IMG/VR virus record: IMGVR_UViG_3300033061_000668
Coordinates: 3,303 to 67,302 of that record
Length of the DNA stretch: 64,000 bases
Strand: one strand, 5' to 3'
DNA from: a virus
Taxonomy: Duplodnaviria > Caudoviricetes
The notes below the pieces were generated by a model. It was given only the letters and a program-made list of their open reading frames with translations, ran no database searches and was not told the DNA's origin. The translations under genes and the position numbers were made by a program. Of the stretch, positions 17,771 to 27,359 are shown piece by piece. Position 1 is the first letter of the stretch, and each line of letters starts with the position of its first letter.

Positions 17771-17975
17771 TCATCTGATTACCCTTCTTGAGCGTACCGC
17801 CCGCATGGACGAAAAGCTTGACTCTTTGCTTGAGTCTAGAGATAAGCATGACGAGCGAATTGGCAAGGTAGAGAAGCATATTCATATGGGCTATGGTGTC
17901 GTGGCAGTAATGACTTTTATGGTTTCCACGTTTGCCGAATTCTTCTGGTCAAAGATTTTTGGCAAGAACAGTTGA
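17760..17975 (+). CDS. Small membrane protein (coiled coil plus C-terminal TM; holin/XhlA-like)
   Basis: RMDEKLD...RIGKVEK followed by hydrophobic MGYGVVAVMTFMVSTFAEFFW. Confidence 0.5.
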   Translation: MENDHLITLLERTARMDEKLDSLLESRDKHDERIGKVEKHIHMGYGVVAVMTFMVSTFAEFFWSKIFGKNS

Positions 17976-17999
17976 CAAACAAAAATAAGACTACACAAT
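17972..17999 (+). promoter_or_regulatory. Promoter TTGACA-N16-CACAAT
   Basis: Followed by AGGAG and ATG 18011. Confidence 0.6.
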
Positions 18000-18010
18000 A
18001 GGAGAACTTT

Positions 18011-18322
18011 ATGGCATTTCTTAATGAAAATATTTCCCCTTCAGTAACGCAGGAAACTGATGCCGCGCTTGTGTCTCTCGGCCAGCGTGGTTGTGTGTGT
18101 ATTTATGATGCTTCCGGTAGTGCAACCGGAAACTTTGCAGCCGTTCAATGCATTACTGATTGTATATTTTCTACTTTAAACACCGTTAACGGGTCTAGCG
18201 AGAATTCTCCATTTTTTCCTTTTGTTGATAGCAATTTATCAATCCCCGCAGGAACTATTTTTTACGCCCCATTTATTCTTGTTGACGCAAACTCTGGTAG
18301 TTTTATAGCCTACAAGGCTTAA
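18011..18322 (+). CDS. Hypothetical beta-rich (probably virion) protein
   Basis: 103 aa, SD AGGAG. Confidence 0.6.
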   Translation: MAFLNENISPSVTQETDAALVSLGQRGCVCIYDASGSATGNFAAVQCITDCIFSTLNTVNGSSENSPFFPFVDSNLSIPAGTIFYAPFILVDANSGSFIAYKA

Positions 18323-18328
18323 ACAGCC

Positions 18329-20380
18329 ATGCCGAAACTCGGCTTAGGCTTATCGTTACCGCAGACTAGGGTTACTTCAGCTCCCCTGATCCCACCTTCT
18401 GGCCTATCCCTATGGCTCAAGGCCGATGCTGGGGTTACAACTTTTTCTTATTCGTATAAATCAAACATAACTTTAAGTTTGGCTGGGGAGTCATCAATTA
18501 ACGGATCGTATACTGCATCAGATCCAAGCAACGGGACTAGTTCCTATATAATGAGTGGTCCAAATAATAATAGGATTCAAGTAAGGCCATCTTCTACACC
18601 AAGATACAGATTATATAATTTAGATAATTCTACAGGTTCTACACCTTGGTTCTATCCGTTCACCTCTAGTGACGGAGTAAGTTGGACTGCCGTAGGAAAG
18701 AAACCTGTTTCAATTACGCTTTCTGGTTTGACAGGAGTATCATCAGCATCAAATGGAACATATAATTCGTTTGAGTGGGATCCTGCAAATCAAAGTTTTA
18801 TAAGCCCTAAATCGGTAGTTGGTGGTGTTAATACAAATATTGTAGTTGAAATTTATCCCAGTGGATCTGCGGCAGCTTATATTATTTCTCCAGTATTCTT
18901 TGTTTCAGCACAGAAATCTACTGGTTGGGGCATTGGTTCTTGGACTGTTGAAGAAGGTACAGGAAGCCCAGTCGGAACTGGAACTTTATATCCAACAGGA
19001 GGAGTACCAACAGGGGTTGTTACAACTACAACTGTAAACACAGATAATGTAACAACATGGGCAGATCAGAGTGGGAATGGGAATAATGCTACCGCCAGCG
19101 GAACCCCCACGCTGGTTGCAAATTCACTAAATGGTAAAAGCGGAATCTCCTTGGATGGCCAGGGTTCAAATGACGGATTTTTGACCTCCCCAATTTTTTC
19201 TTTGGCTTACAACACGCCAATCAGCTTGTTTGGGGTAGTTAAAGCATCGGCTAGTACCGTAAGAGGAGGGCAAGCTGCTGCCAGATGGTTTATGAACAAA
19301 GGGGGCTCTGAAGATTTTGGAATTGGTTTTACTTTTGGAGGGTATCAGTCAAGTTTAGAATTTTCTGGTTTTTTGGGTTCCATCATAACGTCAGATATTA
19401 ACCTTCTAGGGGATAGCCTTGGGGAAAATCAAGCCAATATTGCATCATTGATAAGTAATGGCTCAACAAGCACCTTTTATCAAAACGGCACATCAAAAAA
19501 TTCGGCTAATAATTCAGAGTTAGATTTTACAAATAGCTCAAACAACGGATTTTCCATAGGCTATCAAGCGGCGGTTGTTGATGAGTTTTTCTGTAACTGC
19601 ATTGTCTATGAGCTTTTAATTTACAACCGAGCCGTAAGTAGCACAGAACGTCAGCAAGTTGAGGCTTATCTAATGGACAAATATGAAATTGTTCCCCCTG
19701 TAATCCCTCCTGCCGGCCTATCCCTATGGCTCAAGGCCGATGCTGGGGTTACTCTTTCTGGGTCAAATGTAACATCTTGGGCAGATCAGAGTGGGAATGG
19801 AAATAATGCAACATCTCCAGATACCAATCCAACATTTTTATCATCTTCAATAAACAGCAAGCCAGCAATTTCATTTAATAACGATGGTTCGTGGATGCAA
19901 ATACCCCAAAGCAATATTGGAGATAATGGCAATATATCAATCTTTATTGTTATAAACTATTATAGCGGTTATATATTTCTGAACAAAGGGGATGCAGCAA
20001 CTTTTGGAGATACCTCTTGGGAATTTTCGACAATAACTGGATTCGGCTTTGTTGATACAAATAATGGCGATCCAATTTGGAATGCTGTTGAAGTAAGTGT
20101 AGACACAGATACACCTCAAATTTTAGAAGGATTTTCAAATGCAGGAGTTTCACAACTTGCATTTAATGGGAGTAATAGCGGAAGCCCATCTAGTGCCAAT
20201 GTTGGATTTAATAATATTTCACAATACATTGGAATTGGTGGTGGTGGAACAAATGGCCAAAGTTCAGGAGAACCTCTTGATGCAAGAATAGCAGAAATTA
20301 TTATTTACAATAGACAAGTAACAACACCAGAACGCCAGCAAGTTGAGGCGTATTTAAATACTAAATATGCGATTTATTAA
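18329..20380 (+). CDS. Virion protein with two LamG/concanavalin-like domains
   Basis: Two SGLSLWLKADAGVT...WADQSGNGNNA...E(L/I)(L/I)IYNR...ERQQVEAYL units. Confidence 0.75.
   Translation: MPKLGLGLSLPQTRVTSAPLIPPSGLSLWLKADAGVTTFSYSYKSNITLSLAGESSINGSYTASDPSNGTSSYIMSGPNNNRIQVRPSSTPRYRLYNLDNSTGSTPWFYPFTSSDGVSWTAVGKKPVSITLSGLTGVSSASNGTYNSFEWDPANQSFISPKSVVGGVNTNIVVEIYPSGSAAAYIISPVFFVSAQKSTGWGIGSWTVEEGTGSPVGTGTLYPTGGVPTGVVTTTTVNTDNVTTWADQSGNGNNATASGTPTLVANSLNGKSGISLDGQGSNDGFLTSPIFSLAYNTPISLFGVVKASASTVRGGQAAARWFMNKGGSEDFGIGFTFGGYQSSLEFSGFLGSIITSDINLLGDSLGENQANIASLISNGSTSTFYQNGTSKNSANNSELDFTNSSNNGFSIGYQAAVVDEFFCNCIVYELLIYNRAVSSTERQQVEAYLMDKYEIVPPVIPPAGLSLWLKADAGVTLSGSNVTSWADQSGNGNNATSPDTNPTFLSSSINSKPAISFNNDGSWMQIPQSNIGDNGNISIFIVINYYSGYIFLNKGDAATFGDTSWEFSTITGFGFVDTNNGDPIWNAVEVSVDTDTPQILEGFSNAGVSQLAFNGSNSGSPSSANVGFNNISQYIGIGGGGTNGQSSGEPLDARIAEIIIYNRQVTTPERQQVEAYLNTKYAIY
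18401..19800 (+). repeat. Exact direct repeats at LamG domain boundaries
   Basis: 38-nt identity at 18401-18438 and 19715-19752; 23-nt identity at 19058-19080 and 19778-19800. Confidence 0.9.
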
Positions 20381-20753
20381 CCCTCTCTTGTTTTGCATTA
20401 TCTTGTCATCTTGCGCTTCCACGAAGTATAGTTCGTCTGGCTCCTTGACCCTTCAAGCCACGACTGATTCAGTCTTAAAAGCTCAGTCCATTGCGCGTTC
20501 AATCCCAGCCTGCAAACCAGTAGCCGATGAGCTGGACAACACCAAAGACCAGATCCTAAAGCTTCAGTCTCAGGTCGATAAGAACTTCAAGGAACGTTCG
20601 GAGATGGCCGAGAGGCTTGAATATCTTGAGGCTAAGTACAGCAAAGCCGTTGGGATGCTGTGGAAGTGGCGTTTGATTGGTATTGGCGGGGTGCTTCTAC
20701 TTCCCGCATTTTTGGCCTTGCGTAATTTCTTTCCATTTCTTAAACTATTTTAA
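20367..20753 (+). CDS. Putative unimolecular spanin
   Basis: Lipobox LSSC (Cys16), coiled coil, C-terminal TM; first gene of lysis cassette. Confidence 0.6.
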   Translation: MRFINPLLFCIILSSCASTKYSSSGSLTLQATTDSVLKAQSIARSIPACKPVADELDNTKDQILKLQSQVDKNFKERSEMAERLEYLEAKYSKAVGMLWKWRLIGIGGVLLLPAFLALRNFFPFLKLF

Positions 20754-21095
20754 GTGAAAAAGTGGCTAAAGGATAACGTCCAAGGGTTGGGCGCTTTGTC
20801 GTGCGGGCTTACTCTATTTCTTGGTCTTGGCCCTATCCTCCACGCTATTGACCCCGGGGCTGGTATTGTAGACCTCGGAGCCCTTCATGTTGTTTTATTT
20901 GCCGGCGTTAAGTTACTCTTTGCTGTAACATTAGCTTGGCTAATAATCAATATTGAGTTCAAATTTCTTGACCAGTATATGGACAATAACGCTTTGGAGG
21001 ACGACTGGAAGGAGCTAGATGGGCATGTACGAGCAACCATATTGGTCGCCGTATTTCTTGGCCTTGTAATAGCTTTTGCCCTGTTATGCGGATAA
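20754..21095 (+). CDS. Putative holin
   Basis: 113 aa, three hydrophobic segments, adjacent to endolysin. Confidence 0.6.
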   Translation: MKKWLKDNVQGLGALSCGLTLFLGLGPILHAIDPGAGIVDLGALHVVLFAGVKLLFAVTLAWLIINIEFKFLDQYMDNNALEDDWKELDGHVRATILVAVFLGLVIAFALLCG

Positions 21096-21628
21096 TTTAT
21101 GCGTTGGCTCTGGCGTCTATATCTTTGCTGGGTACCCGAGAGGCAGTTGCTCAAGGAGTCATACCGACGCGAGGAGAAAGATTATCGCGACTTATTGAAG
21201 TGGCTAGACAAACCATTGGACTTCGAGAAGAACCTGGAAACTCCGGGCCCATGGTGGACAAGATCCTAGCCTCGGTAGGTCTAGAAGGTACAGGGGCTCC
21301 CTGGTGCGCAGCTTGGGTGGTATACATAGGAGATGAAGCGTTCGGCAAGAAAGAAAACCCGTTCCCGAGATCTGCTTGGAGCCCAGATTTCGTTAAAAGT
21401 CCTACATGGGACAGAGGTCGGGGAAAGAAGCCAAATCGAGCCGATGCCTTTGGGATTTATTTTCAAAGTCTTAAACGCGTGGCTCACACGGGAATCATCG
21501 AAAAAGTCGACGGAAAATGGGCTGTAACGATAGAAGGCAATACAAACGACGATGGTAGTCGCGAGGGGGATGGGGTCTATCGCAAGCGTCGACCCCTTGG
21601 TACAATACTCGCAAGGAGCTGGTTATGA
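21086..21628 (+). CDS. CHAP-domain endolysin with N-terminal signal peptide
   Basis: PWCAAW, AHTGI, IEGNT catalytic motifs; MRIIYALALASISLLG..AVA/QG signal. Confidence 0.85.
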   Translation: MRIIYALALASISLLGTREAVAQGVIPTRGERLSRLIEVARQTIGLREEPGNSGPMVDKILASVGLEGTGAPWCAAWVVYIGDEAFGKKENPFPRSAWSPDFVKSPTWDRGRGKKPNRADAFGIYFQSLKRVAHTGIIEKVDGKWAVTIEGNTNDDGSREGDGVYRKRRPLGTILARSWL

Positions 21629-22017
21629 GTAATAACATTAGACTAGGAGCAATAGGTGTACAAAAGGTTTCCACCAGATTGATGGAGCAAGGATTTCTTG
21701 TAAGCCTACCTATTTATGACGATGGTTATGATTTGGTCACGGACTGGAAGGGAAAGATGATGCGAGTCCAAGTTAAAACGACAGGAGGAACTGAAGACTG
21801 CCGGAGAAGGAAGTTAAAGTTCTTTGCAATTCGCGGCCCAGGATTTGGGCATATGGAGAAAAGGCTATATACAAAAGGAGATTGCGACATATTTATATTT
21901 CTACATACAACTTTAGACGCCATATTTGTCATACCAAGGGAAAAGCTTCCCCGCACAAAGTCCATCTATTTGGAACCCAACTGCAAATGGCGGGATAACT
22001 GGAACGTTCTCAAATAA
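21625..22017 (+). CDS. Free-standing PD-(D/E)XK endonuclease
   Basis: GAIG..KV...GF.VSLP...YDLV...RVQVKT. Confidence 0.7.
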   Translation: MSNNIRLGAIGVQKVSTRLMEQGFLVSLPIYDDGYDLVTDWKGKMMRVQVKTTGGTEDCRRRKLKFFAIRGPGFGHMEKRLYTKGDCDIFIFLHTTLDAIFVIPREKLPRTKSIYLEPNCKWRDNWNVLK

Positions 22018-22024
22018 GGATTGC

Positions 22025-22052
22025 TTGACTCATAATTATAGACAGGCATAAT
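22025..22052 (+). promoter_or_regulatory. Promoter TTGACT-N16-CATAAT (leaderless)
   Basis: 7 nt upstream of ATG 22060. Confidence 0.65.
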
Positions 22053-22059
22053 CACTGCG

Positions 22060-22965
22060 ATGAGTTTCCCTAATCCCGACAACTACGCCCGAGATTGCGA
22101 TTGCGGAACAGCCGGGGCGAATACTACTCCTCCCCCCGCTAATCTTGTCGCAGCACTTATCCCAAACCCTCTTCTTCTGCCACTCGGCGGTTCAATCGAC
22201 ACTAGAAACAAAAATGGTAGTGGAGGATATATTAACACAAGCGGAGATGAAGGCGGTCAATCAGGCGGGTATATAGACACGTCATCAAAAGACGGCGGTT
22301 CTAGGGGCGGGTTCATTAACACAACAGGACGCGATGGTCAGGGCGGAGACATCGATACAAGGGGTTCTAGTTATGGTTACAATGGGGGGTCAATCGATAC
22401 TTCGGGTGGTATGAGCGGCGGAGGTGGTAACATTAATACAAATGGAGGAGGAGGTGGTTTTGGAGGAGACATAAACACTTTTGGAACGTCTGAGGGGCCT
22501 GGTGGATCTATAAATACTTCTGCTGATGGCGGCTCAATTAATACTTCAAACGGAGGTGGTTCTATAAACACTCGTGGAACTGGGTCTATTCAGTTTGGAA
22601 TTCCTGCAACCAGAACTATTTTGAATGGTTCAGCTACCGCTGCCCGAACAGTCACTCTTCCCAATATTACCGGGACATTACCTATCGCTTTGATTAGTAC
22701 TTCTACATCACTTTCTTTTGGTGCTATCACTGCAGGGGGGTTTGTAGATTTAACAATTACACTTACTGGTGCAGCTACTACCGATGTTGTTTTTGTAACT
22801 TGCTTAGATACGGCTGGTCGTGGAATTACCAACGGAAAACTTGTTTTTGAAGCTTTTGTATCAGCCGCCAATACGGTAACTGTTAGGGCTCACAATCCGA
22901 CATCCGGAACAATTACCCCGGGAGCCGCTTATAACTTCAAAGTTGCCATTATCAAAACTGCATAA
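22060..22965 (+). CDS. Fibre-like protein with GGxI(D/N)T repeats
   Basis: 11 repeats plus C-terminal domain similar to that of the next gene. Confidence 0.6.
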   Translation: MSFPNPDNYARDCDCGTAGANTTPPPANLVAALIPNPLLLPLGGSIDTRNKNGSGGYINTSGDEGGQSGGYIDTSSKDGGSRGGFINTTGRDGQGGDIDTRGSSYGYNGGSIDTSGGMSGGGGNINTNGGGGGFGGDINTFGTSEGPGGSINTSADGGSINTSNGGGSINTRGTGSIQFGIPATRTILNGSATAARTVTLPNITGTLPIALISTSTSLSFGAITAGGFVDLTITLTGAATTDVVFVTCLDTAGRGITNGKLVFEAFVSAANTVTVRAHNPTSGTITPGAAYNFKVAIIKTA

Positions 22966-22976
22966 AGGAGAACTAA

Positions 22977-24725
22977 ATGAGCTGCGATTGTAACACACTT
23001 GTTGTTGGAGAAGCTGGGCCTCAAGGACCACAGGGTCTTGGCGGATCAAATGGTACAAATGGTACTAATGGAATCAATGCTTTTACAACTTTAAGCGCAA
23101 GCTTTACTCAGCCAGCATTAAATGTTTCCGTTACTTTTAGTGTTGTAGAAAACCGTTGGATTGCAATTGGCCAAACAATTTATATTTCAAATGCAGGATT
23201 TTATAGGGTTACGTCACTTGGCGGCTCGCCTTACTCATCAGTAACCGCAGTGTTGGTCAAAACAGATGGAGTGGTTACTCCGTCTTCCGTAAGTTCCGGG
23301 TTGAAAGTTTCTCCTTCATCTGGTGCTACGTATACAGAACCTCTTTCTTCTCTTACCGTATCTGGGTCACCAGGAACCTCTAATTTAGACGGAGCGGTGA
23401 CTATAAATGACAGTGGAGCCGCCGTTGATTTTCGTGTTGAAAGCGATACACAGACGCATGTTTTATATACACAAGGCAGTTCAAATCAAGTTGGAATTCG
23501 AACAAATTCTCCTGGGGCAGCCCTTGATGTAAACGGAACGTTTAAATCCAGGTCGACAGCAGAATTTTCAGTTGGGGCTACAGTTAACTTTACTCAAGCC
23601 GACGCAGATTTTTCAGTTAGAACTCAAACTTCCACAAATACTTTGTATGTAAAAGCCAGCACAAATAGCGTTGGGATAGGAACAAATGCTCCATCTAAAT
23701 TGCTCGATGTAGCCGGAGCGGCAGAAATGGACAGTCTTTTAGTTAATCCATCTGGAATTGCTAATAATACTAGTCCAGTTTTTCAAATTTTGGGAACAAG
23801 CGCGAGTATCTATCCGATTACAGTTAAGGCTACATCGGGGCCCACAGTTAACAGAGTAGGAATCTTTAACGCATCTCCGTCTGTAGAATTAGACGTAACT
23901 GGGGAAACTAAAATAAGCGGGAATTTATCTGTTGATACAAATGTTCTCAAAGTTGATACTACTGGAAATTTTGTAGGAATTAACAAAACAACTCCAACAG
24001 TTGCTCTTGATGTTGTTGGCGCGGCGGCAGTTAGCGGAGCTTCTACTCTCAACTCCCTCACAGTAACTAATGCGGCAAGCGTTGGGGGTGCGCTTAGTGC
24101 TGGGACTACATTTAGTTCCGCAGGGGCATCTACACTTAATTCGTTAGTCGTAGACACAACCGCATCAATCACTGGAAATCTGTCTGTCAATACTAACGTT
24201 CTAAAAGTAAATGCTGGTAGTGGTCTTGTTGGAATTAATCAAACAACTCCGACCGTGGCTTTAGATGTAGTTGGCGCAGCAAAAATAAGCACCGATCTAA
24301 CTGTAAATGATGCTCTGTATGTCATAAACTCTTCTGGTTTTGTCGGCATTAATAAACCATCGCCTTCGGTTGAACTTGAAGTAAATGGTTCTGTTAAAGC
24401 AAATGATTACAGAATTGCTATTAATCCCGCGCATTCCAACGCAAAGCTAACAAAATTTTTATACGGGAGTGGTTCTGACACGTTTGCTCTTGGGGTAAAT
24501 AGCACAGATGATATCACGTTTACAGTTACGGGGGCAGTTGTTGGGGATTTCGTACAGGTATCTTATAGCTCAATTCCGTCCACTACACCAAACCTATTAA
24601 CATTATTCGGATATGTTAGCTCTGCTAATAATGTTACTGTAGTTGTGTCTAACGGAAGTGCTACTTCCGTGGCATCTCAAACTTACTCCGTTAACGTACT
24701 AGTAATTGGCGCCACAGCGTCATGA
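22977..24725 (+). CDS. Tail fibre protein
   Basis: Short collagen-like GPQGPQG stretch, repeated VGI-x-T-x-P-x-x-x-LDV-x-G units, Ig-like C-terminus. Confidence 0.7.
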   Translation: MSCDCNTLVVGEAGPQGPQGLGGSNGTNGTNGINAFTTLSASFTQPALNVSVTFSVVENRWIAIGQTIYISNAGFYRVTSLGGSPYSSVTAVLVKTDGVVTPSSVSSGLKVSPSSGATYTEPLSSLTVSGSPGTSNLDGAVTINDSGAAVDFRVESDTQTHVLYTQGSSNQVGIRTNSPGAALDVNGTFKSRSTAEFSVGATVNFTQADADFSVRTQTSTNTLYVKASTNSVGIGTNAPSKLLDVAGAAEMDSLLVNPSGIANNTSPVFQILGTSASIYPITVKATSGPTVNRVGIFNASPSVELDVTGETKISGNLSVDTNVLKVDTTGNFVGINKTTPTVALDVVGAAAVSGASTLNSLTVTNAASVGGALSAGTTFSSAGASTLNSLVVDTTASITGNLSVNTNVLKVNAGSGLVGINQTTPTVALDVVGAAKISTDLTVNDALYVINSSGFVGINKPSPSVELEVNGSVKANDYRIAINPAHSNAKLTKFLYGSGSDTFALGVNSTDDITFTVTGAVVGDFVQVSYSSIPSTTPNLLTLFGYVSSANNVTVVVSNGSATSVASQTYSVNVLVIGATAS

Positions 24726-26656
24726 TCAACGATCAAAATCGACTGATGGAGGGCATTGCCACCTTCATCGGTGGCGCAAATTCTAGCGTCGACCCAGCCC
24801 TTTTGCCTCCGAATCAATACTCTTGGGGGGTCAATGTAAGCGTTCGTGGCGGTTATCCAAGAACCCGTCCCGGATTCCGGTTTATAAAAGCACTTCCTAA
24901 TGGAGTAATTCAAGGGGCATCTTATTTTAAAAATACTTCTTCCGAACAATTAATGACTCTTATTGGAGGCAGACTTTATGATACTCAAGTTTTAAATCCA
25001 GATGCCGCTGTACTTGATGTCACCCCAGCCAATGAATCTAATAATTATGTGTCGAGAAGAGCATCAATGGTCGCAGCTAACAATTATTTGGTCGTACAAG
25101 ATGGAGTAAATCCGGCGATTGTGTATACTGGATTTAATTCCTATAGGTCTCAGAATATTCTTGAAGAGCTTCAATCGTTTGTTGAGTTGCAAATAACCAT
25201 GGGCGCTAACAACCCAAGAATAAATGTTTCTTCCACGGCCGGTTTATTTCCAGGAATGCTTGTACAAGTAGCCAGAGGCATACCAGCAAACACAGTTATT
25301 GTCTCAGTAGATTCCTCTACAACAGTTACTTTAAGTAAAAATTGTTCACTTACAGCTCTTGCTTCAGCTAAGTTTTTTCCTCCAGGACCGCTGCAATTAA
25401 ATGTATCTATCCCCGTTGGAGAGCTTATGGTGTTCGGAAATGGAAGACTATGGGTTGCAAATGGGAATGAATTATATGCTGGCGATTTAGCCGGAAGTTA
25501 TGCTGGATCAGAAGTTCGTTTTTCAGAAACACAGTATTTAAATGGTGGCGGCAATTTTTCATTTGACGCCCCTATAACTGCTTTGGCATTTCTTCCTGGG
25601 GCAGACACAAGCACTGGGCAGGGAGATTTGATTGTCTTTACTCGGAATGAAATTGCCGCAATTCGGTCAAATATTTTTGATAGAACTACTTGGCAAGCAA
25701 CACCCGGAATGCAAAGAAAATTGTTTCTTAGTGGTGGGGCAGAAAGTCAGGATTCAATCATTACAACAAATAATGATATTTTTTTTAAATCACTAGATGG
25801 AATTCGCTCTTTGCTCCAAACCTATCAGGATGTAAAACAAAGGAACGTAAGTCTTGCTAATAGCATTGAAGCCTATCGCGTGGTTACTTTTGAAACGCAA
25901 AGGTGGATCAAATATTCTCCGTCAGCTTATTTTATTGATCGAGCATTTCACGGATGTACACCAAAAATTCAAGTAGTGAGCGGGGATCCCGCTTCATACA
26001 ATATTGTTTTTACCAAAATTGTTTCGCAAGACTTTAACCCTGGAATCTACGAAGGTAATTTCCCACCCGTTTATGACGGAGAATGGACGGGTCTTCAAGT
26101 TTGCAAATTTGTTACCGGAGTATTTGACGGGGCAAAGAGATGCTTTGCCTTGGTTTGTGGGTCAGACGGAAATAACGCTTTGTACGAAATTACTACAGAC
26201 GACTATTACGATACTGTCCCAGATGGTAACGGTGGGACAACATCGCTTCCAATTACATCTCAAGTTGAATGCAGGCGTATGGCTTTCCAAACTCCCGATG
26301 AAATAAAAGAATTAGTCCGAGCTGATATAAACTTTTCGGATATTTACGGATCAGTTTCTTGGTCACTGGAATTTACTCCAGATTATTATCCTTCTTATTT
26401 CCCGATTCAAACTGGACAGATAGCCTTTGATACCCAGACCCAGGAACTTGAAACATGTTCGCCACCTGATCTTGGGCTAGGTTATAAAACAATTCGAACA
26501 GTCAAACCTTCTGATTCATGCGTTATTGGTATATCCAGAAAAGCTAGGTTTGGATATTTATTCCAGCCAAGGATTTCATGGACTGGGTATGCAAAACTTG
26601 CGATTTTCAAATTCCATGCTTCTAAGAAGGACATCAGCGATTTAGGGGAATGTTAA
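24722..26656 (+). CDS. Tail tube/nozzle protein (P22 gp10 or T7 gp12-like)
   Basis: 644 aa beta-rich, LPPNQYSWGVNVSVRGG N-terminus, synteny. Confidence 0.55.
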   Translation: MINDQNRLMEGIATFIGGANSSVDPALLPPNQYSWGVNVSVRGGYPRTRPGFRFIKALPNGVIQGASYFKNTSSEQLMTLIGGRLYDTQVLNPDAAVLDVTPANESNNYVSRRASMVAANNYLVVQDGVNPAIVYTGFNSYRSQNILEELQSFVELQITMGANNPRINVSSTAGLFPGMLVQVARGIPANTVIVSVDSSTTVTLSKNCSLTALASAKFFPPGPLQLNVSIPVGELMVFGNGRLWVANGNELYAGDLAGSYAGSEVRFSETQYLNGGGNFSFDAPITALAFLPGADTSTGQGDLIVFTRNEIAAIRSNIFDRTTWQATPGMQRKLFLSGGAESQDSIITTNNDIFFKSLDGIRSLLQTYQDVKQRNVSLANSIEAYRVVTFETQRWIKYSPSAYFIDRAFHGCTPKIQVVSGDPASYNIVFTKIVSQDFNPGIYEGNFPPVYDGEWTGLQVCKFVTGVFDGAKRCFALVCGSDGNNALYEITTDDYYDTVPDGNGGTTSLPITSQVECRRMAFQTPDEIKELVRADINFSDIYGSVSWSLEFTPDYYPSYFPIQTGQIAFDTQTQELETCSPPDLGLGYKTIRTVKPSDSCVIGISRKARFGYLFQPRISWTGYAKLAIFKFHASKKDISDLGEC

Positions 26657-26657
26657 T

Positions 26658-27344
26658 ATGCCGGAGAGACTTGAGTACTCTGGAAATCCATTGCCATCTG
26701 GTTTACCAGGTTTTGGCGGTGGTACTATAGATGTTCTTACTTTGCCCGGGTTTAATCGTGTTGTAGCTGCTCAAAAGTTTGGGCCAGTTAACGACGCTCC
26801 AAATGCAACTCCACCAAATCCAAAACCTCCCGCTGGAAGTAACCCAGAAGATCCCACCGATGAGGTTGTGAATCCAACTAATCCTCCAACCCAACCTGGA
26901 ATTCCCACTCCTATTTTTTGTAAAGAATGTGCGGACCAAGGAGATTTTGGAGATGCTCCATTGATGTACGGGGTTAAAAATTCAGATAGTTGCGTAGATT
27001 GCAGCGGGAAGCCAAAAACAGTTAGTAGATATTTTTCCGAACTCGCTGCTTCTTCCCCGTCATCCGGAATTTTTTATAGTGATACAGCTTCAATAAAAGG
27101 AAAACTAGGAGGAAAAGAATGGACTATTTCTCCTACCGAATTAATCTTAGATGGAAGTCAGGGTGGAGTAGCCTTAAACGAAACCCATTTGGTATTGGGA
27201 TATACTAACGCACGACAAACCTATTATCAATTTGGTCCAGAGATTATAGACCCAGACGGAAATCATTATACGCCACAAGAGTTACAGGTATGTGAAGGCG
27301 GCCAAACCAAAACATGGAAAGTACTTGCTTATAAACCTGAATAG
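26658..27344 (+). CDS. Hypothetical tail-associated protein
   Basis: 228 aa, Pro-rich linker. Confidence 0.55.
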   Translation: MPERLEYSGNPLPSGLPGFGGGTIDVLTLPGFNRVVAAQKFGPVNDAPNATPPNPKPPAGSNPEDPTDEVVNPTNPPTQPGIPTPIFCKECADQGDFGDAPLMYGVKNSDSCVDCSGKPKTVSRYFSELAASSPSSGIFYSDTASIKGKLGGKEWTISPTELILDGSQGGVALNETHLVLGYTNARQTYYQFGPEIIDPDGNHYTPQELQVCEGGQTKTWKVLAYKPE

Positions 27345-27359
27345 TTTGTATACTTATAT

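Noticed and set aside
18401-20380. Diversity-generating retroelement TR/VR pair
   Set aside because: Repeats are short and exact, differences are not adenine-specific, and no reverse transcriptase gene is present
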